Notes: generated by a model not told the origin, from the letters alone. 32,000 nt of DNA from Candidatus Saccharimonadota bacterium (GCF_016593155.1 NZ_AP023215.1:270001-302000), one strand, 5' to 3'; positions 21,604 through 31,436 are shown, counted from the first letter of the stretch. Program-made: numbers and translations.

Positions 21604-23523
21604 TTATTTTATTTCTTTAAAGTCAGCATCAACAACATTTTCATTTTTTGTATTATTTTTATTGCCATTATTATCATTATTGGGTGTTGCGGTATTTTTT
21701 TGTGTGTCTGTATATTTTTTTTCATTTAATTTTTGAGAGACAGATAATAATGCGGTAGATTTAGAATCAATAACAGACTTATCATTATTTTTTAACGCTT
21801 TTTCAAGTTCATCAATAGCTATTTTAATTTTTTCTTTTTCTGATTCAGTTAACTTATTACCATATTCACTTAAAGATTTTTTTGTTGAATGAATAAGTGA
21901 TTCCCCATGATTTCGTGATTCAACTAATTCCCTTAAGCGTTTATCTTCTTCTGCATTAGCTTCTGCGCTTTGCACCATTTTTTGTATTTCTTCTTCAGTT
22001 AAACCGGAATTAGCTTTAATTGTAATTTTATTTTCTTTACCAGTCATTTTATCTTTAGCGGTAACATGCAAAATACCATTTGCATCTATATCAAATGTTA
22101 CTTCAATTTGTGGCGTACCACGTGATGCTGGAGGAATGCCTTCTAAATTAAATTCTCCTAAAATTTTATTTCCAGAGGCCATTTCTCTTTCACCTTGATA
22201 TACTTTTACTGTTACAGCCGGTTGATTATCTTCGGCGGTAGAAAAAACTTGACTAAATTTTGTTGGAATTGTGGTATTTTTTTTAATCATTTTAGTCATT
22301 ATACCGCCCATGGTTTCAATACCCAAGGATAAAGGAGTGACATCTAATAATAATAAATCTTTACGATCCCCAGATAATACTGATCCTTGAATTGCAGCAC
22401 CAACAGCCACGGCTTCATCTGGATTTATGTCGCGACGAGGATCTTTTCCAAAAAATTCTTTTACTTTTTCTTGTACTTTAGGCATACGAGTCATGCCACC
22501 AACCAAAATAACATCATTAATATCTGATACTTTAATTCCAGCATCTTTAATTGCAATACGGCATGGTTCAATAGTACGTGTAATTAATTCATCAACAAGT
22601 AATTCTAGTTTAGAACGAGTAATTTTGATATTTAAGTGAACTGGAGCGCCATTAGCCATAGCAATATAAGGTTCATTTATTTCAGTTTGTTGTGATGAAG
22701 ATAATTCGATTTTAGCGCGTTCTGCAGAGGCTTTTATTCTTTGTAATGCAATAGAATCTTTTCGTAAATCTATTCCGTTAATTTTATTAAATTCATCTAA
22801 AATATAATCTATAATGCGTTGATCAAAATCTTCTCCTCCTAAAAAAGTATCACCATTTGTTGATAATACCTCAAATTGTTTTTCACCATCTACATCAGCA
22901 ATCTCAATAATAGATACATCAAAAGTTCCGCCACCTAAATCATATACAACAATATTACGGTCACTTTTTCCTGATTTATCAAGACCAAATGCAAGTGCCG
23001 CAGCGGTAGGTTCGTTTATAATTCTTTTTACGTCTAATCCAGCAATACGACCAGCATCTTTAGTTGCTTGACGTTGAGCATCATTAAAATAAGCGGGTAC
23101 AGTAATAACCGCTTCAGTTACTTCTTCGCCCAAATAATCTTCAGCAGTTTTTTTCATTTTACGCAGTACTTCAGCTGAAATTTGTGGAGGAGCTAATTTC
23201 TTTTTTCGAACGGAAATCCATGCATCACCATTATCTGCTTTTACAATTTCATATGGCATTAAAGAAATATCTTTTTGAACTTCTTTTTCGTTAAATTTAC
23301 GACCAATTAATCGTTTTGCGGCATATATTGTATTTTTTGGATTAGTAACTGCTTGACGTTTAGCAGGAGCTCCGACTAGGATTTCACCGTTTTCTTGATA
23401 AGCAATAACAGATGGTGTAGTACGAGCGCCTTCAGAATTTTCAATTACTTTAGGTTGACTACCTTCTATTATTGATACACATGAGTTAGTTGTACCTAAA
23501 TCAATACCAATAATTTTGCTCAT
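21604..23523 (-). CDS. dnaK: chaperone DnaK (Hsp70)
   Basis: 639-aa [21 protein letters not shown], very high conservation throughout. AAGGAAG SD upstream. Confidence 0.99.
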   Translation of the reverse strand: MSKIIGIDLGTTNSCVSIIEGSQPKVIENSEGARTTPSVIAYQENGEILVGAPAKRQAVTNPKNTIYAAKRLIGRKFNEKEVQKDISLMPYEIVKADNGDAWISVRKKKLAPPQISAEVLRKMKKTAEDYLGEEVTEAVITVPAYFNDAQRQATKDAGRIAGLDVKRIINEPTAAALAFGLDKSGKSDRNIVVYDLGGGTFDVSIIEIADVDGEKQFEVLSTNGDTFLGGEDFDQRIIDYILDEFNKINGIDLRKDSIALQRIKASAERAKIELSSSQQTEINEPYIAMANGAPVHLNIKITRSKLELLVDELITRTIEPCRIAIKDAGIKVSDINDVILVGGMTRMPKVQEKVKEFFGKDPRRDINPDEAVAVGAAIQGSVLSGDRKDLLLLDVTPLSLGIETMGGIMTKMIKKNTTIPTKFSQVFSTAEDNQPAVTVKVYQGEREMASGNKILGEFNLEGIPPASRGTPQIEVTFDIDANGILHVTAKDKMTGKENKITIKANSGLTEEEIQKMVQSAEANAEEDKRLRELVESRNHGESLIHSTKKSLSEYGNKLTESEKEKIKIAIDELEKALKNNDKSVIDSKSTALLSVSQKLNEKKYTDTQKNTATPNNDNNGNKNNTKNENVVDADFKEIK

Positions 23524-23556
23524 AATTCTTCCTTTTAATATTTAATTTAAAATTAT

Positions 23557-24111
23557 TTATTGCGCAACAGTAACAAGAGCTGGACGTAATAATCGTTCAG
23601 AAATTAAATATCCTTTTTGCAAAACTATTACAATAGTATTTGGTTCTTGCTCTGCTGGAATTGTTGATACGGCTTGATGCTTCATTGGATCAAGTTTATC
23701 TCCAATTATAGGATTAATTTCTAATAAATTATTTTTTTCAAATACAGAAGATAATTGTTTTAGTGTTATTTCAACGCCTTTTTTTAAAGATTCAATGGAT
23801 GGGGTTTCAATATTTAATGCCATTTCTAAACTATCTTTTACTGACAGCAACCCCTTGGCAAAATTTTCCACAGAAAATTTATATGCGCGTACAAGATCTT
23901 CTTGAGATCTACGTCGAATATTTTCAGATTCAGCTTTGGCGCGAAGATAAGCATCTTGCATATAAGAGGCCTTCATTTCTGCGGTATTTAATTTTTTTTT
24001 AAGCTCATCTTCGGTTATTTTATTTAATGATGTCTTTTTTTTTAAATTAGAATCTTTTACTTTTTCAAAAATATCTATTGTTTCTTTATTTTTTTTTTTA
24101 TTATTTTGCAT
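23557..24111 (-). CDS. grpE: nucleotide exchange factor GrpE
   Basis: 184-aa ORF. Coiled-coil region YLRAKAESENIRRR and a C-terminal beta domain (FDPMKHQA-like LDPMKHQAVS). Lies 33 nt upstream of dnaK. Confidence 0.93.
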   Translation of the reverse strand: MQNNKKKNKETIDIFEKVKDSNLKKKTSLNKITEDELKKKLNTAEMKASYMQDAYLRAKAESENIRRRSQEDLVRAYKFSVENFAKGLLSVKDSLEMALNIETPSIESLKKGVEITLKQLSSVFEKNNLLEINPIIGDKLDPMKHQAVSTIPAEQEPNTIVIVLQKGYLISERLLRPALVTVAQ

Positions 24112-24151
24112 TTAAAGCCCCTAATTAAATCATATAAATACTAAAATTTAG

Positions 24152-24179
24152 TATTGAGGTAGCTCTAACTTATTTCAAG
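24152..24179 (-). promoter_or_regulatory. candidate sigma-32 (heat-shock) promoter for grpE-dnaK-dnaJ
   Basis: The minus strand reads CTTGAAA-N13-CCTCAATA (reverse complements of 24173-24179 and 24152-24159), against the E. coli sigma-32 consensus CTTGAAA-N13-14-CCCCATNT. It is a G/C-bearing island in an A/T-only spacer, with the -10 about 40 nt upstream of the grpE ATG. Confidence 0.4.
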
Positions 24180-24290
24180 TATTATAAAATTAAAATTTTA
24201 AATATTTAAAAATTATTCTTTTTTATAAAAATTTTATAAAATAAGATATTATTCTTATAACACTTTATAATATAAAATTTTATTAAAATA

Positions 24291-25190
24291 ATGAAAGTCA
24301 ACTGGATTACACGTTTAAAGGAAAGTTTATCTAAAACTGCTTTTAATTTAAAATCTTTGATTGTTAATAAAAAAATTGACAAAAATTTATATAATGAACT
24401 TGAATCAGATTTATTAAAAGCAGATGTTGGTTTTGAGACTACACAATTTTTATTAAATAAATTAAAAAAAATTATAGACTCAAAAAAATTATTTAGTACA
24501 GAGCAAATTAAAAATGTTTTACACGATTTATTAGTGAACTTATTAAAGTCATTAGAAAAACCATTAATTTTAAAAAGTAAACCATTTGTAATAATGATAG
24601 TTGGAGTAAATGGAGTTGGTAAGACTACTACAATTGGTAAATTAGCGAATTATTTTAAAAAACGTAAAAAATCTGTATTATTAGCGGCTTGCGACACTTT
24701 TCGTGCGGCTGCATATGAACAATTATTAATTTTAGGAAAATATAATGATGTTCCTGTTATAACTGAAAAAAAAATTACTGATCCTGCTGCGATAGCTTTT
24801 AATGCAATAAATGTAGCACAAAAAAAAAATATTGATATCGTTATAGTAGATACATCTGGGCGCTTATCAACTCAATCTCATTTAATGAGAGAATTAAAAA
24901 AAATTAAAAAAGTAATTGAAAAAAAAATATTTAAATTACCATATGAAATTTTTTTAATAATTGATGGAAATACAGGTCAGAATACATTATCTCAAATTAA
25001 AGAATTTTCTAAAATCTTACATATTACTGGTTTAATAATTACAAAATTAGATGGCACTACAAAAGGAGGTATATTAGCTGCAATTGCAAAAAAATATTCT
25101 ATACCTTTATATTTTATAGGTATTGGAGAAAAGATTGAAGATTTACAAATTTTTAATGCAGTAGATTTTGTAAATGCTTTATTAAATTAA
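24291..25190 (+). CDS. ftsY: signal recognition particle receptor FtsY, NG domain only (no acidic A domain)
   Basis: 299-aa ORF. N domain starts at about residue 5 (WITRLKESLSKT). GTPase motifs GVNGVGKTTT, DTSGR, TKLD, GIGEKIEDL. Confidence 0.93.
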   Translation: MKVNWITRLKESLSKTAFNLKSLIVNKKIDKNLYNELESDLLKADVGFETTQFLLNKLKKIIDSKKLFSTEQIKNVLHDLLVNLLKSLEKPLILKSKPFVIMIVGVNGVGKTTTIGKLANYFKKRKKSVLLAACDTFRAAAYEQLLILGKYNDVPVITEKKITDPAAIAFNAINVAQKKNIDIVIVDTSGRLSTQSHLMRELKKIKKVIEKKIFKLPYEIFLIIDGNTGQNTLSQIKEFSKILHITGLIITKLDGTTKGGILAAIAKKYSIPLYFIGIGEKIEDLQIFNAVDFVNALLN

Positions 25191-25221
25191 AATTAATTAA
25201 ATAAAAATTTATAATATTATA

Positions 25222-26244
25222 TTAATTTGATAAAATTATTATTAGTTTTGTTAATGAAATCCATGGATCTCTATAATAAGATTTAAGATATATTCCTTTT
25301 AGTTCTTTATCGATTTGTACTGCTTCATAAAATGCATATTTTAAAATATCTAAAGATAATCTTTTTAATGCTATTTCTATTAAAGGTTGATGTTTTGTAT
25401 AAATATGGTATTTTTCAAATAAATTTTTTAAAAATTTTCCATTCTCAATAGCGGTTTTTAATTTAAGTAAAATACAGATTTCTTGCGTAATAACCCATAA
25501 TATTAATGGAAAAATTTCATTTTCATTTTTTAAATCTTGAAGAATTAATATTAAGCGCATTAAATCTCCGTTTAATATATTTTCTTTAATACTAAATATA
25601 TTATATTTTGCGGATTTTGATACAGAGTTTTTTACTTGTTGAAATGTAAGGGTTCCAGGTCCATATAAAAAAAATAATTTTATTATTTCTTGATTTGCTG
25701 CTAATAGATTACCTTCAACTTGTTCAGTAATAAAATTTAATGTTTTTTTGTCAATATTTTGCTGTTGAGAAATTAATCTAGAATGAATCCATTTTGGTAA
25801 ATCAATTGTTTTTACAGTAGGTATTTCTATGAATATAAAATTATTTTTTAATAATTGTATCCAAGTTTTTTTTTGTGATAATAAGTCTAATTTTGGTAAA
25901 TTTATAATTGTTATATTATTAGGATTTAAATTATTAATATATTTTTCTAATATATATTCTCCTGTTTTACTAATTTTTATGTTAGATATACGCAATTCAA
26001 TTATTTTTTTATTATAAAATAATGATAATTCTTGATTTATTTTTAATAATTTATCCCACTGAAATAAGTAATCAATTGTTAAAATATTTCTTTCATGAAA
26101 ACCATGATGTTTAATATGTTTTCGAATTTTATCAGAGGCTTCTTGTAAAAAAAGATATTCATTACTTGATATTGTATATAGTAGTGATAAATTTTTAGAA
26201 TTTATAAGATACTTATCTAATAATTCTATATTTTTTAATAACAT
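25222..26244 (-). CDS. holA: DNA polymerase III delta subunit
   Basis: 340-aa divergent ORF. It aligns from memory with E. coli HolA (EGNLLAANQEIIKL vs EGNLLALAQALERL; LFEKYHIY...ALKRLS vs LFDKHRVW...ALNRLS). Conserved position downstream of leuS. Confidence 0.8.
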   Translation of the reverse strand: MLLKNIELLDKYLINSKNLSLLYTISSNEYLFLQEASDKIRKHIKHHGFHERNILTIDYLFQWDKLLKINQELSLFYNKKIIELRISNIKISKTGEYILEKYINNLNPNNITIINLPKLDLLSQKKTWIQLLKNNFIFIEIPTVKTIDLPKWIHSRLISQQQNIDKKTLNFITEQVEGNLLAANQEIIKLFFLYGPGTLTFQQVKNSVSKSAKYNIFSIKENILNGDLMRLILILQDLKNENEIFPLILWVITQEICILLKLKTAIENGKFLKNLFEKYHIYTKHQPLIEIALKRLSLDILKYAFYEAVQIDKELKGIYLKSYYRDPWISLTKLIIILSN

Positions 26245-26274
26245 TTAGTGGTCCTATTTTATGAAAATAAATTA

Positions 26275-28962
26275 TTAAATAATAATATTAACTAATTTGT
26301 CTGGAATTATAAAAAATTTTTTTGGTGGATGTATAAGATATTTTTGAATAGCCTTATCTTTTAATATAATTTTTTTAACAAAATCAGTAGTGTATTTTTT
26401 TTTTAAAAAAATATGTCCGCGAAATTTACCATTAATTTGAATAATTAATTTAATTTTTTCTTTTTCTTCTTTTAATGCAAGAGAATCAATTTGAGGCCAA
26501 CGTGCATTTAAAATATCACCTTGTTGTATTGAATATTTAAATTCTTTCCATAATACATGGGTAATATGCGGGGCAATTGGATTTAGTGTTCTTAAAAATA
26601 TAGACATACCTTCACATAGTATAGTATCGTTATTGGTATTTGTATTATTATCATACTTAGTATTCGAATTTATGCATTCTAATATATTAAATATTTTCAT
26701 ACATCCAGATACAACAGTGTTATATTGAATATTCTCCATATCCCTATTAATTTTTTGTAAAATTTTATAAATATTTCTACGAAACATTTTTTGATTATCA
26801 TTTAATTTAATAATTGAAAAATTATTTGGAAAAATATTAAGATTAATAATATTAATTATTCTTGGGGCTAAAATATATGAAAAATTCCATACTCGATTTA
26901 AAAAACGATTAGCGCCTTTGATTCCAATATTAGACCATTCTAAATTTTGTTCTGGGGGAGCGCTAAATATTGTAAATAAACGAGTGGAGTCTGCTCCATA
27001 GGTATTTATTTGAATTTGTGGATCAATACCATTATTTTTAGATTTAGACATTTTTTCTATATTACCAATAATAACTGGTTTTTTATCTAATTTTAAAATC
27101 GCATGTATTGGTTTATTTTTTTTATCTAATGTAATCTTAATATCAGTTGGATTATACCATTTTTTTTTGTTAGATGAATTTTCTATCCTATAATAAGTTT
27201 TATTTAAAACCATTCCCTGCGTCAATAATTTAATAAATGGTTCATTAAATTTAATTAATCCAAGATTATACATAAATTTAGTCCAAAATCGAGCATATAA
27301 TAAATGTAATATAGCATGCTCAATTCCCCCAATATATTGATCTACTGGCATCCAATAATTTATTTTATTATCATCAATCATGAAATTTTTTAGTTTTGGG
27401 GATGTATATCTCATATAATACCAAGAAGAATCAACAAAAGTATCCATAGTATCGGTTTCGCGATATGCTAATTTATTACATTTTGGGCAAAATACATGTA
27501 AAAATTTTTTATTTTCTTTAAGTAAATTGTTGTTTCCATTAGGGGTACATGTTTCCGGCAAAATTACTGGTAAATCTTTTTCTGGCACTGGAACTGAACC
27601 ACAATTATTACAATAAATTATTGGAATTGGTGTTCCCCAATAACGTTGTCTAGAGATAGCCCAATCACGCAAACGATATATATTTTTTTTATTGCCTAGA
27701 CCAAGTTTAATTAAATCAGTACTAATTGCATTAGTAGCTTCCTTATGAGACATATTATTATATTTTTTGGAATTAATACAGTAACAGTTTTTTTTATCAA
27801 TATACCAATCTTGCCAAATTTTATCTGAGTAAATTTTATTTTTAATATTTATAACTTGTTTAATTGATAAAGAATGTTTTTTTGCAAAATAAAAATCATG
27901 TTTATTATGTGCGGGTACACCAATAGCTGCTTTTCCATAAGATTCTTCTATTATATAATTAACAACAAAAACTTTAATTTTTTTATTAGTGAAAGGATGT
28001 AGTACTTTTAATTGGGTTAATATACTTTTTTTTTCTAATACATTAGAATCAATATTATTATTTTTATATTCGGAAATAAATTTTTGTAATAATATGTTAT
28101 TGTGTGCAGCAAATATAGCTAAAGGATGTTCCGGAGAAATTATACAAAAAGTTATTCCATAAATTATATCAATACGAGTAGTAAAAATCCATAATTTTCC
28201 TTTTTGTATTAATTTATTATTTTTTTTAGGATCTTTTATATTATGCAGAAAAGCTAAAAAAATACCTTTTGATTTACCAATCCAATTAGCCTGCATTAAG
28301 CGAACTTTTTTAGGCCAATAAGGTAATTTTTTATTAATATATTCAAGTAATTCTTCTGCATAATTAGTGATTTTCGCGTAATACATTGGTATTTTTTTTT
28401 TTTTTATAATTGCTCCAGATCTCCATCCTTTTCCATTAATAACCTGTTCGTTAGCTAGAACAGTTTTTTCTACTGGATCCCAATTTACTATACCGGTTTT
28501 TTTATAAATAATACCTTTTTTAAGCATTTTTAAAAATATCCATTGATTCCATTTATAATATTTTGGTGAACAGGTAATTATTTCACGAGACCAATCAATT
28601 GCTAATCCAAGAGAAGAAAGTTGCTTTTTCATATAAGAGACATTATCATATGTCCATTTAGCTGGAGAGATATTATTAGAAATTGCGGCATTTTCTGCTG
28701 GCATCCCAAACGCATCCCATCCCATAGGCATTAATACATTGTAACCATTCATTCTCATATAACGATACATTACATCATTTATGGTGTAATTACGCACATG
28801 CCCCATATGTAATTTTCCAGATGGATATGGTAACATTGAGCATGTATAAAATTTTCCATTAGGAAATCGTGTATCATTTTCAATAGCTTGATAAGCATCA
28901 ATTTTATTCCAATAAAATTGAGTTGTTTTTTCTATTTCAATAGGATTATATTTTTTTTGCAT
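26275..28962 (-). CDS. leuS: leucine--tRNA ligase
   Basis: 895-aa ORF. PYPSGKLHMGHVRNY (HIGH-class motif), KMSKSKNNG, and a CP1 editing region of normal length. Confidence 0.97.
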   Translation of the reverse strand: MQKKYNPIEIEKTTQFYWNKIDAYQAIENDTRFPNGKFYTCSMLPYPSGKLHMGHVRNYTINDVMYRYMRMNGYNVLMPMGWDAFGMPAENAAISNNISPAKWTYDNVSYMKKQLSSLGLAIDWSREIITCSPKYYKWNQWIFLKMLKKGIIYKKTGIVNWDPVEKTVLANEQVINGKGWRSGAIIKKKKIPMYYAKITNYAEELLEYINKKLPYWPKKVRLMQANWIGKSKGIFLAFLHNIKDPKKNNKLIQKGKLWIFTTRIDIIYGITFCIISPEHPLAIFAAHNNILLQKFISEYKNNNIDSNVLEKKSILTQLKVLHPFTNKKIKVFVVNYIIEESYGKAAIGVPAHNKHDFYFAKKHSLSIKQVINIKNKIYSDKIWQDWYIDKKNCYCINSKKYNNMSHKEATNAISTDLIKLGLGNKKNIYRLRDWAISRQRYWGTPIPIIYCNNCGSVPVPEKDLPVILPETCTPNGNNNLLKENKKFLHVFCPKCNKLAYRETDTMDTFVDSSWYYMRYTSPKLKNFMIDDNKINYWMPVDQYIGGIEHAILHLLYARFWTKFMYNLGLIKFNEPFIKLLTQGMVLNKTYYRIENSSNKKKWYNPTDIKITLDKKNKPIHAILKLDKKPVIIGNIEKMSKSKNNGIDPQIQINTYGADSTRLFTIFSAPPEQNLEWSNIGIKGANRFLNRVWNFSYILAPRIINIINLNIFPNNFSIIKLNDNQKMFRRNIYKILQKINRDMENIQYNTVVSGCMKIFNILECINSNTKYDNNTNTNNDTILCEGMSIFLRTLNPIAPHITHVLWKEFKYSIQQGDILNARWPQIDSLALKEEKEKIKLIIQINGKFRGHIFLKKKYTTDFVKKIILKDKAIQKYLIHPPKKFFIIPDKLVNIII

Positions 28963-29038
28963 AGTAATATTTATGTTTTAAATTAAAATGAGTTAAATAA
29001 TTTTTTTGAAAAAATTCATGAAATTTAAAAGTTTTAAT

Positions 29039-29920
29039 TTAAAAAAATTGTTTATCAGCCATATATGAACTACGGATCATTGACCCAACTAAAACATTTT
29101 TAAATCCTAGTTTATATGCTATTTTTTTAAATTTTTCAAAAAATTTTGGATGTAAATATCTGTGTACTGGTAAATGTAAGCGGCTTGGCATTAAATATTG
29201 ACCAATAGTTAATATATCGATATTATGATTTCGTATATCGTGTATTACTGTTAAAATTTCCTCATCATTTTCACCGAGTCCAACCATAATACCGGATTTT
29301 GTTAAAATATTTGGATATAATTTTTTAAAATTTTTTAATAAATTTAATGAATTTTTATAATCTGAGCCAGGACGAACCTTTTTATAAAGTCGAGGAATTG
29401 TTTCTATATTATGGTTTATTACATCCGGCAATGATTTTTTAAAAATATTTAATGCGTAATTTATTTTATTACGAAAATCTGGTATTAATATTTCTATTTT
29501 AATTTCTGGAGATAGTTTTCGTATATGTTTTATACAGGAAACAAAATGAGAGGATCCACCATCATGTAAATCATCGCGATTAACACTAGTAATTACTACG
29601 TAATTTAATTTTAATTTATAAATAGTATGAGCTATTTTTTGAGGCTCCTCAGCATTTAATGGAGTTGGTCGACCATGAGAAATATTACAAAATTTACAAC
29701 GACGAGTGCATATATTACCCATAATCATAAATGTCGCTATACCTCTTCCAAAACATTCTCCAATGTTTGGGCATGACGCTTCTTCGCAAACTGTAACTAA
29801 ATTATTAGTTCGTAAAATATTTTTAGTTTTATTAAAGTGATTTATATTTGATATTGCTTTTACTCTAATCCAACTTGGTTTTTTTAATATTTTTATATTT
29901 TTATCTTTTATTAAATTCAT
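29039..29920 (-). CDS. lipA: lipoyl synthase
   Basis: 293-aa ORF. N-terminal cluster [12 protein letters not shown] and radical-SAM [10 protein letters not shown] motifs. Confidence 0.96.
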   Translation of the reverse strand: MNLIKDKNIKILKKPSWIRVKAISNINHFNKTKNILRTNNLVTVCEEASCPNIGECFGRGIATFMIMGNICTRRCKFCNISHGRPTPLNAEEPQKIAHTIYKLKLNYVVITSVNRDDLHDGGSSHFVSCIKHIRKLSPEIKIEILIPDFRNKINYALNIFKKSLPDVINHNIETIPRLYKKVRPGSDYKNSLNLLKNFKKLYPNILTKSGIMVGLGENDEEILTVIHDIRNHNIDILTIGQYLMPSRLHLPVHRYLHPKFFEKFKKIAYKLGFKNVLVGSMIRSSYMADKQFF

Positions 29921-30029
29921 TTTTTATTATTAATAAGAAGTATTATTTAAAAAATATTTTTTATATCCTGTAAGGAGGTATTTATTCTGAATAAAATTTA
30001 TAATAAATAAATTCTAAAATTATTTAAAA

Positions 30030-30698
30030 TTATATAAAAAAATTTTTAATAAATAAGTGTTGAATTTTTGAGGTTGTGGTATTAATTCCTAATTTTTTCA
30101 TATCAACAATTACTAATCCAGAATAGCCACAAGGATTGATATTATTAAATGGCTCTAAATCCATTGAAACATTAATAGATACTCCATGATAAACATATCC
30201 TTTGGTAGAAATTTTTAATCCTATAGAAGCAATTTTTGCCCCTGAAAAAGGACCGTTAGCGATATAAACTCCTGGTGCGTTTTTTTTTCTTTTACAATTG
30301 ATATTATATTGTGATAACGTAAGAATTGTAGCTTCTTCAATATTTTCTATTAATTTTTTTATATATATTTTTATATTTTTACTATATTTTCTGCGTAAAT
30401 CAATTAATAAATAAATTATAGCTTGACCTGGTCCATGGTAAGTTACCTCTCCGCCTCTATCTGATCGAATAATTGGAATATTATTTAAATTTTTTGAAAT
30501 TAAAATATGCGAAAAATTAGATTTTAATCCTAATGTATATACTGGAAAATGCTCAACTAACCATAATTGATCTATTGTATAATTTGTACGATGAGAATTA
30601 AATAATAACATTGCATTAAAACTAATTAAATATGGTTCCAATCCACGTTGAACTATTTGTAAATCAGAATGAATATTAGAAATAGAAGTAGAAAACAT
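30030..30698 (-). CDS. lipB: octanoyltransferase (lipoyl(octanoyl) transferase)
   Basis: 222-aa ORF. RGGEVTYHGPGQ, KIASIGLKI, NPCG motifs. Upstream of lipA as in many proteobacteria. Confidence 0.93.
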   Translation of the reverse strand: MFSTSISNIHSDLQIVQRGLEPYLISFNAMLLFNSHRTNYTIDQLWLVEHFPVYTLGLKSNFSHILISKNLNNIPIIRSDRGGEVTYHGPGQAIIYLLIDLRRKYSKNIKIYIKKLIENIEEATILTLSQYNINCKRKKNAPGVYIANGPFSGAKIASIGLKISTKGYVYHGVSINVSMDLEPFNNINPCGYSGLVIVDMKKLGINTTTSKIQHLFIKNFFI

Positions 30699-30844
30699 AT
30701 TAAAAATAAATTATAGAGTTGTTTTTAAATATAAATTATTTTAATATATTTTTGCGGTTATTTATATAGTACTTAAAATAGCTGTTGTATTAATGTAAAA
30801 TATGCTATTATATTTCAAAAATTTTAATTTTTTATGGATTTCTT

Positions 30845-31390
30845 ATGAAAACTATTGGTCAATCTCTCTCTTCTTATCGAATTATAGGAGTAAAACCAGG
30901 ATTTAATTTACCTGAGGAAAATAATGTTTCAGCGTTTGAGGTTATTACAGAATCTTCTTTTCCTGGTAAATGGAAGATTTTTTATTTTTATCCAAAAGAT
31001 TTTACTTTTGTTTGTCCAACAGAAATTAGCGCATATAATGAATTAGTTAAAGATTTTAAAAAGCGTAATACTATTTTATTAGGCGGTTCAAGTGATAATG
31101 AATTTGTTAAATTAGCATGGCGTCGTGAAAATTCAACTCTTTATAAGTTAAATCATTGGCAATTTTCAGATACTACTGGTTCTTTAATTGATCAATTGGG
31201 AATTCGTCATGAAACTGGGGTTGCATTACGTGCTACTTTTATTTGTGATCCTAAAAATATAATTCAACATATTACAGTAAATAATTTAAATGTTGGTCGT
31301 AATCCAATAGAAACATTACGTATTTTAGATGCTTTACAAACTGGTAAACTTTGTGCTTGTAATCGCATTATAAATGGTAAAACTTTATAA
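30845..31390 (+). CDS. ahpC: peroxiredoxin AhpC, of the subtype with a C-terminal CxC (LCACN) as in AhpD-dependent AhpCs
   Basis: 181-aa ORF. Peroxidatic Cys in FTFVCPTE and C-terminal GKLCACN. Close resemblance from memory to the Bordetella/Burkholderia and mycobacterial AhpC type. Confidence 0.9.
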   Translation: MKTIGQSLSSYRIIGVKPGFNLPEENNVSAFEVITESSFPGKWKIFYFYPKDFTFVCPTEISAYNELVKDFKKRNTILLGGSSDNEFVKLAWRRENSTLYKLNHWQFSDTTGSLIDQLGIRHETGVALRATFICDPKNIIQHITVNNLNVGRNPIETLRILDALQTGKLCACNRIINGKTL

Positions 31391-31436
31391 ATAAATATAA
31401 TTTTTTTAAAAAAATTTTTATATTTTTATAATTTAT

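Noticed and set aside
22427-22639. 70-aa + strand ORF inside dnaK
   Set aside because: Antisense shadow frame of a very highly conserved gene.
23763-24002. 79-aa + strand ORF inside grpE
   Set aside because: Antisense shadow ORF fully contained in grpE.
25829-26017. 62-aa + strand ORF inside holA
   Set aside because: Antisense, with an F/I/L/N-rich product as expected by chance at this composition.
30699-30844. Possible OxyR operator (ATAG/CTAT elements) in the lipB-ahpC divergent spacer
   Set aside because: ATAG occurs at about 30764 and 30777 and CTAT at about 30804. The spacing does not fit the ATAG-N7-CTAT-N7-ATAG-N7-CTAT architecture, and such tetramers are frequent at this composition.
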